Source of the DNA: Candidatus Thorarchaeota archaeon
GTDB lineage: Archaea > Asgardarchaeota > Thorarchaeia > Thorarchaeales > Thorarchaeaceae
Reading direction: 5' to 3'
NCBI GenBank assembly: GCA_046758445.1
Contig: JBHIAE010000032.1
Coordinates: 1 to 31,442 of the forward strand
DNA length: 31,442 nucleotides
This document shows positions 8,038 through 17,471 of the stretch, one piece after another (position 1 is the first letter of the stretch; each line of letters opens with the position of its first letter). Position numbers and translations under genes: made by a program. The notes below the pieces were generated by a model, which was given only the letters and a program-made list of their open reading frames with translations, did no database searches and was not told the origin of the DNA.

Positions 8038-9273
8038 TCACAGGCTTTCCGGTGGTGGCAGGTTGTCTACCTTTTTGGGTTCTTGCACGAAATCAACGCC
8101 GTTCTCAGTATCCAAGCTCTGTGTATAGAGGACTTCTCCCTCTACTCTAACATCACGTTCCAAGTAGATAGTTCGGCCATAGATGCTACCGACTCTGGCA
8201 CGCTCTTCGATTCTTATCTCATCGCCATAGAGACGCTTTGTCCTTGCCTGTTCTCTTATCAGAATCTCTCTCGCCTCCACAGGACAGGAAACCTCAGCTC
8301 TACGACCAATTCTGAAACCGTCGGCCTTGACGTATTCTGCATCAATCAGACCACCAACTATGATTCGGTAGGTGTTTATCCTGCCATCAGCTACTACGGT
8401 GCCTCCAACCTTGATCTTCTTCTCACAGTTGAGGTCTCCACCGACTTCAATCTTGCCGCCTACTTCCAAGTTCTGCTTGAGATTCAATGTACTTCCAGTG
8501 CGCACCTTACCTCCAACATCTATCGAACCACCTGTAGCGACACCATCAACGCGGACAGAGCCTCCCACGTCGATATCTCCGAAAGTCAAGTTATCCCCCG
8601 CTCTGAAACTCCCGCCTACATCTATCGAATGTACTGTGGAGCCAGGACCCACGACAACAGATCCTCCCACCTCTATCTCATCAATCTCTATTGCTCCATC
8701 GGACCTGAAGCTGCCTCCCACCTGTACCTTCTCAATGTGGCCTGTGTGTGCCTTCGCTGACCCTCCCACACGAACCTCGGCGCTTTCAATACGCCCTTCC
8801 ACTTTGACAGACCCGCCAGCAGAGATTCTGGCCACATCTGCGTCTCCCTCCACCTTGACGGATCCTCCTCCGAAGAGTCTCTGCGCCTTTGCATTTCCTC
8901 TAACCTTGATTGAACCCCCTCCTTTGGCTGAGCTACATTCTAGGTCACGGTCAACACGCAAGGAGCCACCGACATTTATCGTCTGGGCCTCAGCTGATCC
9001 CTCCACACGCAGGTTACCTCTTCTTACGTCGACCGTCGTGTCGGCTCTGAGGTCACCTTCTATAGTGATTGTGTGATTTGACTTGCAGGTAAGTTCGTGA
9101 GCCTTCAGAGATCCACGAATCACCGTATCACCCTTGATTCTCAACTCTCCGGTGATTACAATCTCATTTCCCTGCAATGGTACGATGTAGTCGCAATGTT
9201 CGATTTCTACATCGCCTTCAACAGCTCCCAGCTCGACTGTTTCTTGTTTCTTGAACACTTGTCTTTTCGTCAT
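8038..9273 (-). CDS. Long beta-helical, bactofilin-like polymer-forming cytoskeletal protein
   Basis: About 13 tandem 16-18-aa repeats (VGGSxxVxGxxxxxxIx) flanked by degenerate coils; SD AGGTGA at 9283-9288. Confidence 0.75.
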   Translation of the reverse strand: MTKRQVFKKQETVELGAVEGDVEIEHCDYIVPLQGNEIVITGELRIKGDTVIRGSLKAHELTCKSNHTITIEGDLRADTTVDVRRGNLRVEGSAEAQTINVGGSLRVDRDLECSSAKGGGSIKVRGNAKAQRLFGGGSVKVEGDADVARISAGGSVKVEGRIESAEVRVGGSAKAHTGHIEKVQVGGSFRSDGAIEIDEIEVGGSVVVGPGSTVHSIDVGGSFRAGDNLTFGDIDVGGSVRVDGVATGGSIDVGGKVRTGSTLNLKQNLEVGGKIEVGGDLNCEKKIKVGGTVVADGRINTYRIIVGGLIDAEYVKADGFRIGRRAEVSCPVEAREILIREQARTKRLYGDEIRIEERARVGSIYGRTIYLERDVRVEGEVLYTQSLDTENGVDFVQEPKKVDNLPPPESL

Positions 9274-9321
9274 TATCGACGTTCACCTTGTCCTGTTCTA
9301 AGTAAAGCGACCCAGATTCTG

Positions 9322-9329
9322 TATATAAA
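9322..9329 (-). promoter_or_regulatory. Candidate TATA box for the bactofilin-like gene
   Basis: TTTATATA on the minus strand about 50 nt upstream of ATG 9273. Confidence 0.5.
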
Positions 9330-9401
9330 GCGAAACCACATTTGAGGGTCACAAGTTGTTACTATCAGAAGCGGCACTCTTCGAGCACTCCCCGTTCAAG
9401 G

Positions 9402-9707
9402 TCACATTCCGATAATCGGTTCAGGGATTGGGATTCCAACGAGCGCAGCCATCCTCTTGTATAGCTCGAGGTACTGGTGTCCCCGAACCGTGACGGAATA
9501 GACTCTCTGTCCTTCATCGTCTTCTTCCTCCAAGAGCCCTCTCTCCATTAGCTCTGTGATGGACTCCTTCGCCCTATCGACGGGCATGTTAGTAGACCTA
9601 GCTGCCCGTGTGAGCGGACAATAGCCGTAGATATAGATGACACGGATCAACTCAGCGTAGATGTCGTAGCGCGTTCTCTTGATACGCTCTGCCTTCTTCT
9701 TCGGCAA
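9402..9707 (-). CDS. Archaeal winged helix-turn-helix transcriptional regulator
   Basis: KRTRYDIYAELI...LTRAARSTNM...ITELMERGLL...YSVTVRG, a pattern typical of small archaeal wHTH proteins; TTG start. Confidence 0.8.
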   Translation of the reverse strand: MPKKKAERIKRTRYDIYAELIRVIYIYGYCPLTRAARSTNMPVDRAKESITELMERGLLEEEDDEGQRVYSVTVRGHQYLELYKRMAALVGIPIPEPIIGM

Positions 9708-9857
9708 TCTGTCGCACCCAGCAAGACAGCATCAATGAGTCATAAAAAGGCATTCACAAAGGTGGCTGGGAAATGGATTCAATGGGCCGGAAGACTATCT
9801 ACAAGGAACGCTTATGATTTGCCTTGTGGCCCGTCTATTGTTTACCAGGGAGTCAGA

Positions 9858-10616
9858 ATGATACTTAGAGCGTATCTAATCAAGAACAACGGGGAGCCGA
9901 TATACGGCCAATCCTTTGAGGAAGGATCCCCTGTTTCTCAGGTTAGCCTTCCCGCCCATGTGAGTGCGTGTGCTACTCTGTTTCACTCCAGCAGTGGTAC
10001 ATCAAGTGACAGAGTCTACACGCTTGAGCAGAATGGGAATCTGTGGTCCTATTTGTTCTTTGACTCCTTTGCAGTGATACTCTTCACAACTGTTGACGAG
10101 AATCTTGTTGCATTGAAGAAGATGATGATTTCACTTGGTCGGGCAATCGCAAATCAATACGGCGAATTCATCAAGTCTTGGACTGGTGATATCGGCGAAA
10201 TTGAGGGAATTGACTCTCTTGTTGGTGAATACATTGGAATTGATCTTCAGGCTCCATCCAAGGAGATTTTGGAACAGATTGAGAACATTGTGTCAGAGTC
10301 TCTCGAAACACACGAGGTCGCGTACGCAGGAGTCCTGGATGCTCGTGGCCGGATGCTTCTAGGTAATATTCCCGACAGTCACCTCTCGACTCTCAAGCTG
10401 GACATTTCCAGTGGTGCCATACGACCTGTAATGGACATGGTGCCCACATCGACTGACATAATGGGGTATAGCGTGCAGATGTTGAGAGTAAGCACAATGA
10501 CTGTAGCTGTTTCCTCACACAAAGATGAGAGTCACATAGCCGCGGTTAGAGCGGTCAGCGAGATAGCTGACGCTCTTGACAACGCCCTGGCAAAGCGGAG
10601 CACAAGTTCTAAATGA
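9858..10616 (+). CDS. Longin-like + roadblock/LAMTOR-like fusion protein
   Basis: Probable start ATG 9858 (GGGAG upstream). N-half has the longin pattern (AYLIKNNGEPIYGQSF...QYGEFIKSWTGD). C-half has the roadblock pattern (VAYAGVLDARGRMLLGNIP...TVAVSS...AVSEIADAL). Confidence 0.65.
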   Translation: MILRAYLIKNNGEPIYGQSFEEGSPVSQVSLPAHVSACATLFHSSSGTSSDRVYTLEQNGNLWSYLFFDSFAVILFTTVDENLVALKKMMISLGRAIANQYGEFIKSWTGDIGEIEGIDSLVGEYIGIDLQAPSKEILEQIENIVSESLETHEVAYAGVLDARGRMLLGNIPDSHLSTLKLDISSGAIRPVMDMVPTSTDIMGYSVQMLRVSTMTVAVSSHKDESHIAAVRAVSEIADALDNALAKRSTSSK

Positions 10617-10649
10617 TACCGTCTCTCAACGCCATCTCTGGTGACCTGA

Positions 10650-11291
10650 ATGCTGATTGTTGGTATCAATGGTTCTCCCAGGGGTGAGAAGTCGAACTCG
10701 CGTTTCCTACTCACCAAGGCTCTCGAGGCTGCATCGGATGTCCTAGTCGAAGGGAAAGGCAAGAAGGCAAGTACGCTTCTGCTTGACATCACGGACTTCA
10801 ATATCCGCCACTGCACAGGCTGTGATGCGTGCGTTCGACAGCGTCCTTGTCCTGAGAATGAACATGACGATATGCCCAAACTGGAGGAGAAGTTGACTCA
10901 AGCCGATGCCGTAATAATCGCAGCACCGTCTTACTTCACGTCGGTACCTGGAGTGCTGAAGGATCTTATGGATCGCTCCAGAACTCTGAAGATGCTGGAT
11001 CATCAGCTGAAAGACAAACTGTTTGGCGCAATTACATATGCCGGACTCAGACATGGTGGTCAGGAACACGTGATTGATGTCCTCAATCGCTACGCATTGG
11101 GACAGGGAATGATTGTTGTGGGTGCTGTTGGAAGTCCCGTGAAACATGGCACGTTTGGGTCTGGTAGCATGCAGACCGATGAAGGCAAGTGGCGTTCTGC
11201 AAAGGATGACATTCTGGCCATTGATGCGAGTATGGAACTTGGGAGAAGGTTAGCTGGTCTCTTGAAACAGATGAAGGGGACTGAGGAGTGA
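10650..11291 (+). CDS. Iron-sulfur flavoprotein (Isf; flavodoxin/NADPH-dependent FMN reductase family)
   Basis: GINGSPRGEKSNS, compact Cx2Cx2Cx5C (CTGCDACVRQRPC), APSYF, LKDLMDR, RHGGQE. Confidence 0.88.
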   Translation: MLIVGINGSPRGEKSNSRFLLTKALEAASDVLVEGKGKKASTLLLDITDFNIRHCTGCDACVRQRPCPENEHDDMPKLEEKLTQADAVIIAAPSYFTSVPGVLKDLMDRSRTLKMLDHQLKDKLFGAITYAGLRHGGQEHVIDVLNRYALGQGMIVVGAVGSPVKHGTFGSGSMQTDEGKWRSAKDDILAIDASMELGRRLAGLLKQMKGTEE

Positions 11292-11857
11292 CGATGAAGA
11301 AGCCTGAGATCTCGGGGCTGGTTCAGATATACACGGGGAATGGAAAAGGAAAGACGACATGTGCACTGGGAGCTGGCCTTCGAGCAGCCGGTCATGGTCT
11401 AGAAGTACTGATGATTAGCTTCATGAAGGCAAAGGTGGCTGAACGTCGCGAGGGCACCGAAGTCAATTATGGAGAGTTCAGGTCAGTGGATTCTATCCCA
11501 AACTTCACGATAGTCCCCGTAGGAAGAATTGAATTCGTGGATAAAGAGAGCCCGGACCCGGTTGACATCAAGATGGCACAGGATGGACTTGAGCTTGCAC
11601 GCGAGGCTCTCCAAGAACGCAAATGTGATGTCCTGATTCTTGATGAGATTAATGTTGCTGTCGAGTGGGGTCTAATCTCTCTCGAGGACCAACTACAGCT
11701 CATCAAGATGAGGCCACACGACGTCGAGCTCATCATGACCGGTCGGTATGCCTCAATAGAGGTCATGCAGGCCGCGAGCTTGGTGACTGAAATGACAGAG
11801 GTGAAGCACTACTTCAATGAAGGTGAACAGCTGGCGCGAAGAGGATTTGAGTTCTAG
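11288..11857 (+). CDS. cobO: Cob(I)yrinic acid a,c-diamide/corrinoid adenosyltransferase (CobO/BtuR)
   Basis: GLVQIYTGNGKGKTT, LRAAGHG, ILDEINVA, ELIMTGR, VTEMTEVKH, RRGFEF. GTGA overlap with the upstream stop; ATG 11294 is an alternative start. Confidence 0.93.
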   Translation: MTMKKPEISGLVQIYTGNGKGKTTCALGAGLRAAGHGLEVLMISFMKAKVAERREGTEVNYGEFRSVDSIPNFTIVPVGRIEFVDKESPDPVDIKMAQDGLELAREALQERKCDVLILDEINVAVEWGLISLEDQLQLIKMRPHDVELIMTGRYASIEVMQAASLVTEMTEVKHYFNEGEQLARRGFEF

Positions 11858-11946
11858 CTTCACTACTCATCAGCCAACTCTTAGAGAGAAACACCAGATG
11901 CCGTTAACTCGAATCCGGGCCAGAACTACCAAGGTGCTACGGGAAC

Positions 11947-12363
11947 TTATTTGCCATATCCAGGAGCGAAAGACGCCATTACGTCACAGGCACCGACAGT
12001 GTTGTCAATTAGCGTCCGTAGCTCTTCGCCAGTGAGGTCTGTGTCATTGGTTTCGGCAGTGACGGCGATGTAGTTGTCAGAAGTGATGACGAACTTGACA
12101 CCATTGACCTTCCAGGACGAGACTAGCATGTCGTACATCAGTTTGTGCTGCTGGTCCTGAGGGATGTTGTCGAAATCCGTGAACAAGGCCGTTATGAAGA
12201 TCCAACTCTCGTCCGGGCTCGTAAGAATGAGAACCTTCAGTTCGTCAAACTGAGATGTATCCCACACCATGAGAAGACCACTGCTCTCCTTTGAGTAGAT
12301 GATTCCGATCTCGTCCAGCAGACCTGCAATCTCGTCTAGTTTGCTCAAAGTGAGAACCTCCAA
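11947..12363 (-). CDS. YbjN / type-III-secretion-chaperone-fold protein
   Basis: Small acidic protein with an alpha-beta3-alpha-beta2-alpha pattern (KLMYDMLVSSW..NGVKFVITSDNYIAV...LTGEELRTLID). Confidence 0.6.
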   Translation of the reverse strand: MEVLTLSKLDEIAGLLDEIGIIYSKESSGLLMVWDTSQFDELKVLILTSPDESWIFITALFTDFDNIPQDQQHKLMYDMLVSSWKVNGVKFVITSDNYIAVTAETNDTDLTGEELRTLIDNTVGACDVMASFAPGYGK

Positions 12364-12500
12364 TCCCGGCTGTATGTGCGCTTAGATAAAACTGTCTAGG
12401 ATGCATACTTCATCTGCATTCACTCTCCTTGGAAGTTCCAAACGAACAGTTAATATCGTGACCTTCGGTCTGTCTGTTTCACCGACAAGGAGTGTCATCA

Positions 12501-14219
12501 ATGGGCGCGGAAAGGGCGAAGGAAAAGAAGTCCGACAAGGCTAATGATCCTGAGCTGTCAGAGATACGTGCAGCCATGGGACGTTGGGAGTCAAGCACAC
12601 TAAGTCGCCATGCTGAAGCAAATCCGGAGCGACGGGATGAGTTCATCAGCGTTTCAAGCCGTCCGGTAAGAAGAATCTACACGCCACTAGATGTCCCCGG
12701 CTTTGACTACATGCGTGACCTTGGTTTTCCAAGCGAGTATCCATACACACGTGGGGTCCAGCCTACAATGTATCGCGGCCGCTTTTGGACAATGCGTCAG
12801 TTTGCCGGTATGGGGACAGCTGAGGAGTCAAATGAGAGATTCAAATTCCTCCTTGGCCACGGGCAGACAGGTCTAAGCGTTGCTTTCCACCTTCCGACAA
12901 TATACGGGTTGGACTCCGATGATCCGTTCTCCCTCGGTGAGGTCGGCAAACTTGGAGTGGCTGTTGACACTCTCAAGGACATGGAAATCCTCTTCGACGG
13001 CATTCCACTTGACAAGGTAACAACATCTATGACAATCAATGCGCCGGCCTCGGTTCTTTTGTCAATGTACATGGTGACCGCGGCAAAGCAGGGAGTGGCC
13101 TCCGACAAGATTGGAGGGACAATTCAGAACGATATTCTCAAGGAGTATATGGCACAGAAGTCCTTCATCCTTGGGCCAGAACCTTCTCTTCGGATCATTG
13201 TTGACATAATGGAGTACTGTGCGAAGAACATACCTCGGTGGAACACGATCTCCATCAGTGGATATCACATCAGAGAGGCTGGGTCAACCGCCGCTCAGGA
13301 ACTGGCGTTCACGCTTCTCAATGGGATGGAATACGTTAGAGCAGGAATAGAGCGAGGTCTTGACGTGGACATGTTTGCCCCTCGACTCTCATTCTTCTTC
13401 AACGCTCACATCGACATCTTCGAGGAGGTTGCGAAGTACCGAGCAGCCAGAAGAATTTGGGCTCGAGAGATGAAAGACCGATTTGACGCCAAGAAGAAAC
13501 GGTCTCTCTGGATGAGATTTCATACCCAGACTGCGGGTGTTTCGCTCACGGCACAACAGCCGAACGTCAATGTAGTCAGAACTGCCTACCAAGCGTTGGC
13601 TGCGGTCTTGGGGGGAACTCAATCACTGCACACCAATAGCATGGATGAGGCACTATGCTTGCCAACAGAGGAGGCCGTCAGGGTCGCGCTTCGGACCCAA
13701 CAGATACTCGCACATGAGAGCGGCGTGGCCAATACCATAGATCCACTGGCGGGGTCCTACTATGTAGAGGCACTCACCAATGAGCTGGAGGAGGAGGCCT
13801 ACAAGTACTTCGACCGCGTAGATGCGCTGGGAGGTGTGATACCAGCCATCGAGAAGGGATTCTTCCAAAAGGAGATATCAGATGCTGCCTATCGTTATGA
13901 AAGAGAGATTGAATCTAGGAAACGCATCATAGTTGGAGTGAACGAATTCCAACTTGAGGACGAGGAGATTACGATTCCCGTCCTCAAGATTGATCCTGAA
14001 GTCGAACGAATGCAGATTGAGAGGCTCAACACGACTCGACGTGAGCGTGACAACAAGAAGGTTCAGAAGGCTCTTGATGGACTGAGGAAGGCATCTGAAG
14101 GCACAGAGAATGTTCTTCCGCATGTAGTGAACGCTGTCAAGGCTTATGCAAGCGTCGGCGAGATCTGTGGAGTCTGGAGAGAGATCTTTGGAGAGTGGGA
14201 GGAACCGAAGATATTCTAA
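12501..14219 (+). CDS. B12-dependent acyl-CoA mutase large (substrate-binding) subunit, isobutyryl-CoA mutase type
   Basis: [68 protein letters not shown]. No DxHxxG B12-binding domain. SD AGGAG at 12488-12492 favours ATG 12501. Confidence 0.92.
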   Translation: MGAERAKEKKSDKANDPELSEIRAAMGRWESSTLSRHAEANPERRDEFISVSSRPVRRIYTPLDVPGFDYMRDLGFPSEYPYTRGVQPTMYRGRFWTMRQFAGMGTAEESNERFKFLLGHGQTGLSVAFHLPTIYGLDSDDPFSLGEVGKLGVAVDTLKDMEILFDGIPLDKVTTSMTINAPASVLLSMYMVTAAKQGVASDKIGGTIQNDILKEYMAQKSFILGPEPSLRIIVDIMEYCAKNIPRWNTISISGYHIREAGSTAAQELAFTLLNGMEYVRAGIERGLDVDMFAPRLSFFFNAHIDIFEEVAKYRAARRIWAREMKDRFDAKKKRSLWMRFHTQTAGVSLTAQQPNVNVVRTAYQALAAVLGGTQSLHTNSMDEALCLPTEEAVRVALRTQQILAHESGVANTIDPLAGSYYVEALTNELEEEAYKYFDRVDALGGVIPAIEKGFFQKEISDAAYRYEREIESRKRIIVGVNEFQLEDEEITIPVLKIDPEVERMQIERLNTTRRERDNKKVQKALDGLRKASEGTENVLPHVVNAVKAYASVGEICGVWREIFGEWEEPKIF

Positions 14220-14284
14220 ACGATTGTCGCCAATGGCAAATCAAATATGTGACTCAGGGTTTCCTGTTCTCTGGGGCAACTTGT

Positions 14285-14950
14285 ATGACTGTTTCAATAC
14301 GATGGTTGGGACATTCGGGCTTCCAAATTAGAACTCAAGAGAGTGTTACCTATCTGGACCTCTATAGGTCGAAGAAGTTGATAGAGAGAGTTCCCGACGT
14401 TTCTGAACCGGCGACACTTGTGCTAGTCAGTCATTCTCACAATGATCATTGCTTCCCTGATGCAATAGACGAAGTCAGAACGGACGAGACCACTGTGATT
14501 GCTCCTGCGAACTGTAGTGAGAAGATTCGCGGTGATTTCACATCTCTGGAGCCTGGCGACGAGATCACAGTCAAAGATGTCACAGTTAAGGCAATCGAAG
14601 CATACAACGTGAAACGATTCCGTTCTCCAGGTAATCCCTACCATCCCAAGAGATTTGGTGTTGGCTATCTATTGACGGTAGGCGGGAAAACGATCTACTT
14701 CGCAGGAGACACCGACAAGATTCAGGAGATGGAGGACCTAGGTGCCGTGGATGTGGCACTTCTGCCTTGTGGGGATACGTATACAATGGACAATCTCGAG
14801 GCGGCAGAGGCGACGAAGACTATCAAGCCCGAGGTCGTTATACCCATGCACAACTGGGACAAGAGCGTGGATGAGTTTCAGAAGGTAGTAGAAGCCGAAA
14901 CTGACACCAAGTTCATCCTGCTCAAGGAGGGTGAAGAGTACACACTCTAG
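14285..14950 (+). CDS. MBL-fold metallo-hydrolase (UPF0173/UlaG-like)
   Basis: IRWLGHSGF, SHSHNDH, IYFAGDT, LLPCG..YTM, VIPMH. ATG 14285 avoids overlap with the mutase gene. Confidence 0.88.
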   Translation: MTVSIRWLGHSGFQIRTQESVTYLDLYRSKKLIERVPDVSEPATLVLVSHSHNDHCFPDAIDEVRTDETTVIAPANCSEKIRGDFTSLEPGDEITVKDVTVKAIEAYNVKRFRSPGNPYHPKRFGVGYLLTVGGKTIYFAGDTDKIQEMEDLGAVDVALLPCGDTYTMDNLEAAEATKTIKPEVVIPMHNWDKSVDEFQKVVEAETDTKFILLKEGEEYTL

Positions 14951-15011
14951 CGTTTGCGTCTTGGAATCCCTGGCTGGTCCGTAGGACAGCTGGCGTAGGG
15001 CCAGCCGTCCA

Positions 15012-17342
15012 CTATAGGGCATCTCTTCTTCTTCTATAGAAGATCACACCTGCCACGACTACGATGACGCCGCCAGCAGTAGCAACAATCACAACAGCAT
15101 TCTGAGCCAGGAAGTCCAGGATCCCCAGCGGTCTGCCAATCAATGATTCTGCTCCCACGTATTCATTTGTGGTGAAGGACTGAAACTCCACATAGATGAA
15201 GCCCTCTCCTGCCAGTACTCTGTCCACTGTGATTGTCAGCACTGTGTGATTGCTTATCGTGCCGACCTCGAATGCCACGAAATCAGCGGCGACTACCGAG
15301 TAGTCGTCAAGGGAAGTCCACGGCAGTAATTGCGTCACATTGTGGAATGTCTGTTGAGTAGTGCAGGTCATAGTGGCAACGTCAGTGACGTTCAACGAAA
15401 CGTTCCACCACACTCCTATAGGTCCAGTGAGTTCAAGCCTGTAGGTTTCTGTCGGGCTTCCTGGGTCTTCCAAGGTGAAGTTGTAAGAATCACCCACTCC
15501 TGTAAGTGTCAGTTGACCGATACCGTCATAGTGCCACGAGTTATCCCTCAACCACTCAATCTCGTAGTTGACAGTGTAGTCTATGTACTCGTTTCCAGGA
15601 CCAGCTGTGTTGTTCAGCACTTCAATCGGGCTTAGTGCGATTATGATGTCTGTGTAGGAGGTGATGAAGGGAGATAGAAATGTCTGGTTGATCGGATTGG
15701 CAATCCATTCACCTCCGCTCTGGATGTTACCTTGAACCGTCTGACCACTGTAGTGAGTAGTGCCATAGACATCAAACACCCGATATTGAGTGGTAACGGT
15801 GATGTTGTCCTGTGTCAACAGAGAGATTGTGAAGTTGAAGTAGTCAGGCGCGCTGGCTGGTACGCGAAAACCAGCGACATTACTAGAAACCGCGTCCATC
15901 AGCTGACTGTTGTTTACCGCACCAACATTGAATTCTACGAAGGCATTTCCTCCTGAGCTGACTGTTGCTTCGAAGACATAGTGCCCTGCAGGTAGATAGT
16001 GGAATGTAGAGGCCTCAAAGGTGCCCGTTGAGGATGGGCTATAGTCGAAATACATCATGTCTTCGGACACTGTCCATGCGTTCCAAGTGACTCCTGTGGA
16101 CCAAGTATGGTTCATCCGGAGGATTCCATCCTGCTCGAGGAACAGGTTGTAGCCTCTCTTCTCTGTGTAGGCGTTTGTGTTCTCGAAATAGAATGCTTCA
16201 TTGACAGGAAGTTCAGATGAGGTTAGAAGTTCGTGGAAGATTGTGTATTCTGCATTCCCCGAGCCAATCATGCTGATGTAGTAGGCTTCATCTCGGCCTG
16301 ACTGGTAATAGAAGGTGTCGCCATTGGAAGTGTAGCTCCTAGCATATCTCTGAACCGTATCTGAAACTGCCTCGAAGGCACCACTTGTTATCATCCCTTG
16401 TACTCCAACAGGAGAGATGGCGAATTCAGGCTGGTTGAAAGAGAACGCGAGTTTCGCCATCTGGTCCACTGGTGAACTGAATCTGAACGTGTGAACTGAT
16501 GGTGCCAGCTCTCTATGTACGACATTGCCACCATCCACGACTGCCCACTCGCTTTCTGGAAGCACACCTTGAATCACCTCTCCGTAGCCTATCTGACGCG
16601 GTGAAACTGCCTGTGGAAGCAGATCAAAGACCACAGGACCAGTGGTGGTAGGAGACACTGTCAATTGAACAATGTAAGTCCCGGCTCCCGAGGGATGGAA
16701 CGGAATCACGACCACGTCGCCATCTGACCACAATGCGGAGCCCATTACTCTCTCTTCGGGGTCGTACACTAAGGCGTTCCAACTCACTGAGTCTTGCCGC
16801 GAAGCGATTGTAAGATGCACGAACTCCTCATTACCTAGTGTCAGCGCACCGAAGTATGAATACCCCTGTTCCATGACCACAGTACTGCTTTGGCCCACAG
16901 CAAGATTAAACGAACGGCGGACCACGCTGGAGTTCATATTCAAAGGCTCTCCGGACCCGCTATAGAAGTCGTAAAAGGCGGGAAGATAGAAGCTTCTGCC
17001 AAGTGGTCCCTGTGAGATAGTACTCCCACGTTGCCAAGCGATATGACGTTGCGCTGGCCCCCAATAGAATGTACCAGATCCTATCCAAGTACCAGAATAG
17101 TAACGGGTCCTCCACAGGTTTGCTCCATCTTCAAGGTCAAGGAATGACCGAGAGTCAGACCTCACGTGCAAACCGTCATAGTAGACATAGGTGTGGTTGT
17201 TCGCGTCCGGCAAGAACGGCTGAACATAGGTCTCTTCCGCTATAGTAGGATTCACTGCCGAAACAGGTGCTACTAGTGACGCAAAGGCGAGGGCAAACAT
17301 TACAACTAATGCTATAATAGCATATTTCCCAAAGACCTTCAC
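15012..17342 (-). CDS. Cell-surface glycoprotein (signal peptide, beta-sandwich repeats, C-terminal TM anchor)
   Basis: N-terminal signal peptide ending PVSA, beta-rich acidic body with many NxS/T sequons, C-terminal hydrophobic helix followed by RRRR. Confidence 0.8.
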   Translation of the reverse strand: MKVFGKYAIIALVVMFALAFASLVAPVSAVNPTIAEETYVQPFLPDANNHTYVYYDGLHVRSDSRSFLDLEDGANLWRTRYYSGTWIGSGTFYWGPAQRHIAWQRGSTISQGPLGRSFYLPAFYDFYSGSGEPLNMNSSVVRRSFNLAVGQSSTVVMEQGYSYFGALTLGNEEFVHLTIASRQDSVSWNALVYDPEERVMGSALWSDGDVVVIPFHPSGAGTYIVQLTVSPTTTGPVVFDLLPQAVSPRQIGYGEVIQGVLPESEWAVVDGGNVVHRELAPSVHTFRFSSPVDQMAKLAFSFNQPEFAISPVGVQGMITSGAFEAVSDTVQRYARSYTSNGDTFYYQSGRDEAYYISMIGSGNAEYTIFHELLTSSELPVNEAFYFENTNAYTEKRGYNLFLEQDGILRMNHTWSTGVTWNAWTVSEDMMYFDYSPSSTGTFEASTFHYLPAGHYVFEATVSSGGNAFVEFNVGAVNNSQLMDAVSSNVAGFRVPASAPDYFNFTISLLTQDNITVTTQYRVFDVYGTTHYSGQTVQGNIQSGGEWIANPINQTFLSPFITSYTDIIIALSPIEVLNNTAGPGNEYIDYTVNYEIEWLRDNSWHYDGIGQLTLTGVGDSYNFTLEDPGSPTETYRLELTGPIGVWWNVSLNVTDVATMTCTTQQTFHNVTQLLPWTSLDDYSVVAADFVAFEVGTISNHTVLTITVDRVLAGEGFIYVEFQSFTTNEYVGAESLIGRPLGILDFLAQNAVVIVATAGGVIVVVAGVIFYRRRRDAL

Positions 17343-17471
17343 TATAATCCACGCTCCCTCTGTTCCATCACCTGTCTTTTTAAGAATGAATCTTGTCTGT
17401 CCAGCCTTCTACCGAGTTGCTCTTGTCAACCACCATATGTACCTATATACCACCATTTACACCCCGCGGCC

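Noticed and set aside
8083-9076. Long plus-strand ORFs (225 and 234 aa)
   Set aside because: They are antisense shadows of the repetitive Gly/Val-rich bactofilin-like gene; the PPT repeats mirror VGG codons.
9735-9857. N-terminal extension of the longin-roadblock ORF
   Set aside because: The longin fold starts at M-ILRAYLI with an SD before ATG 9858. The extension would occupy the divergent promoter region.
12364-12500. Cobalamin riboswitch upstream of the mutase
   Set aside because: The region is too short and I recognised no B12-box or other conserved core.
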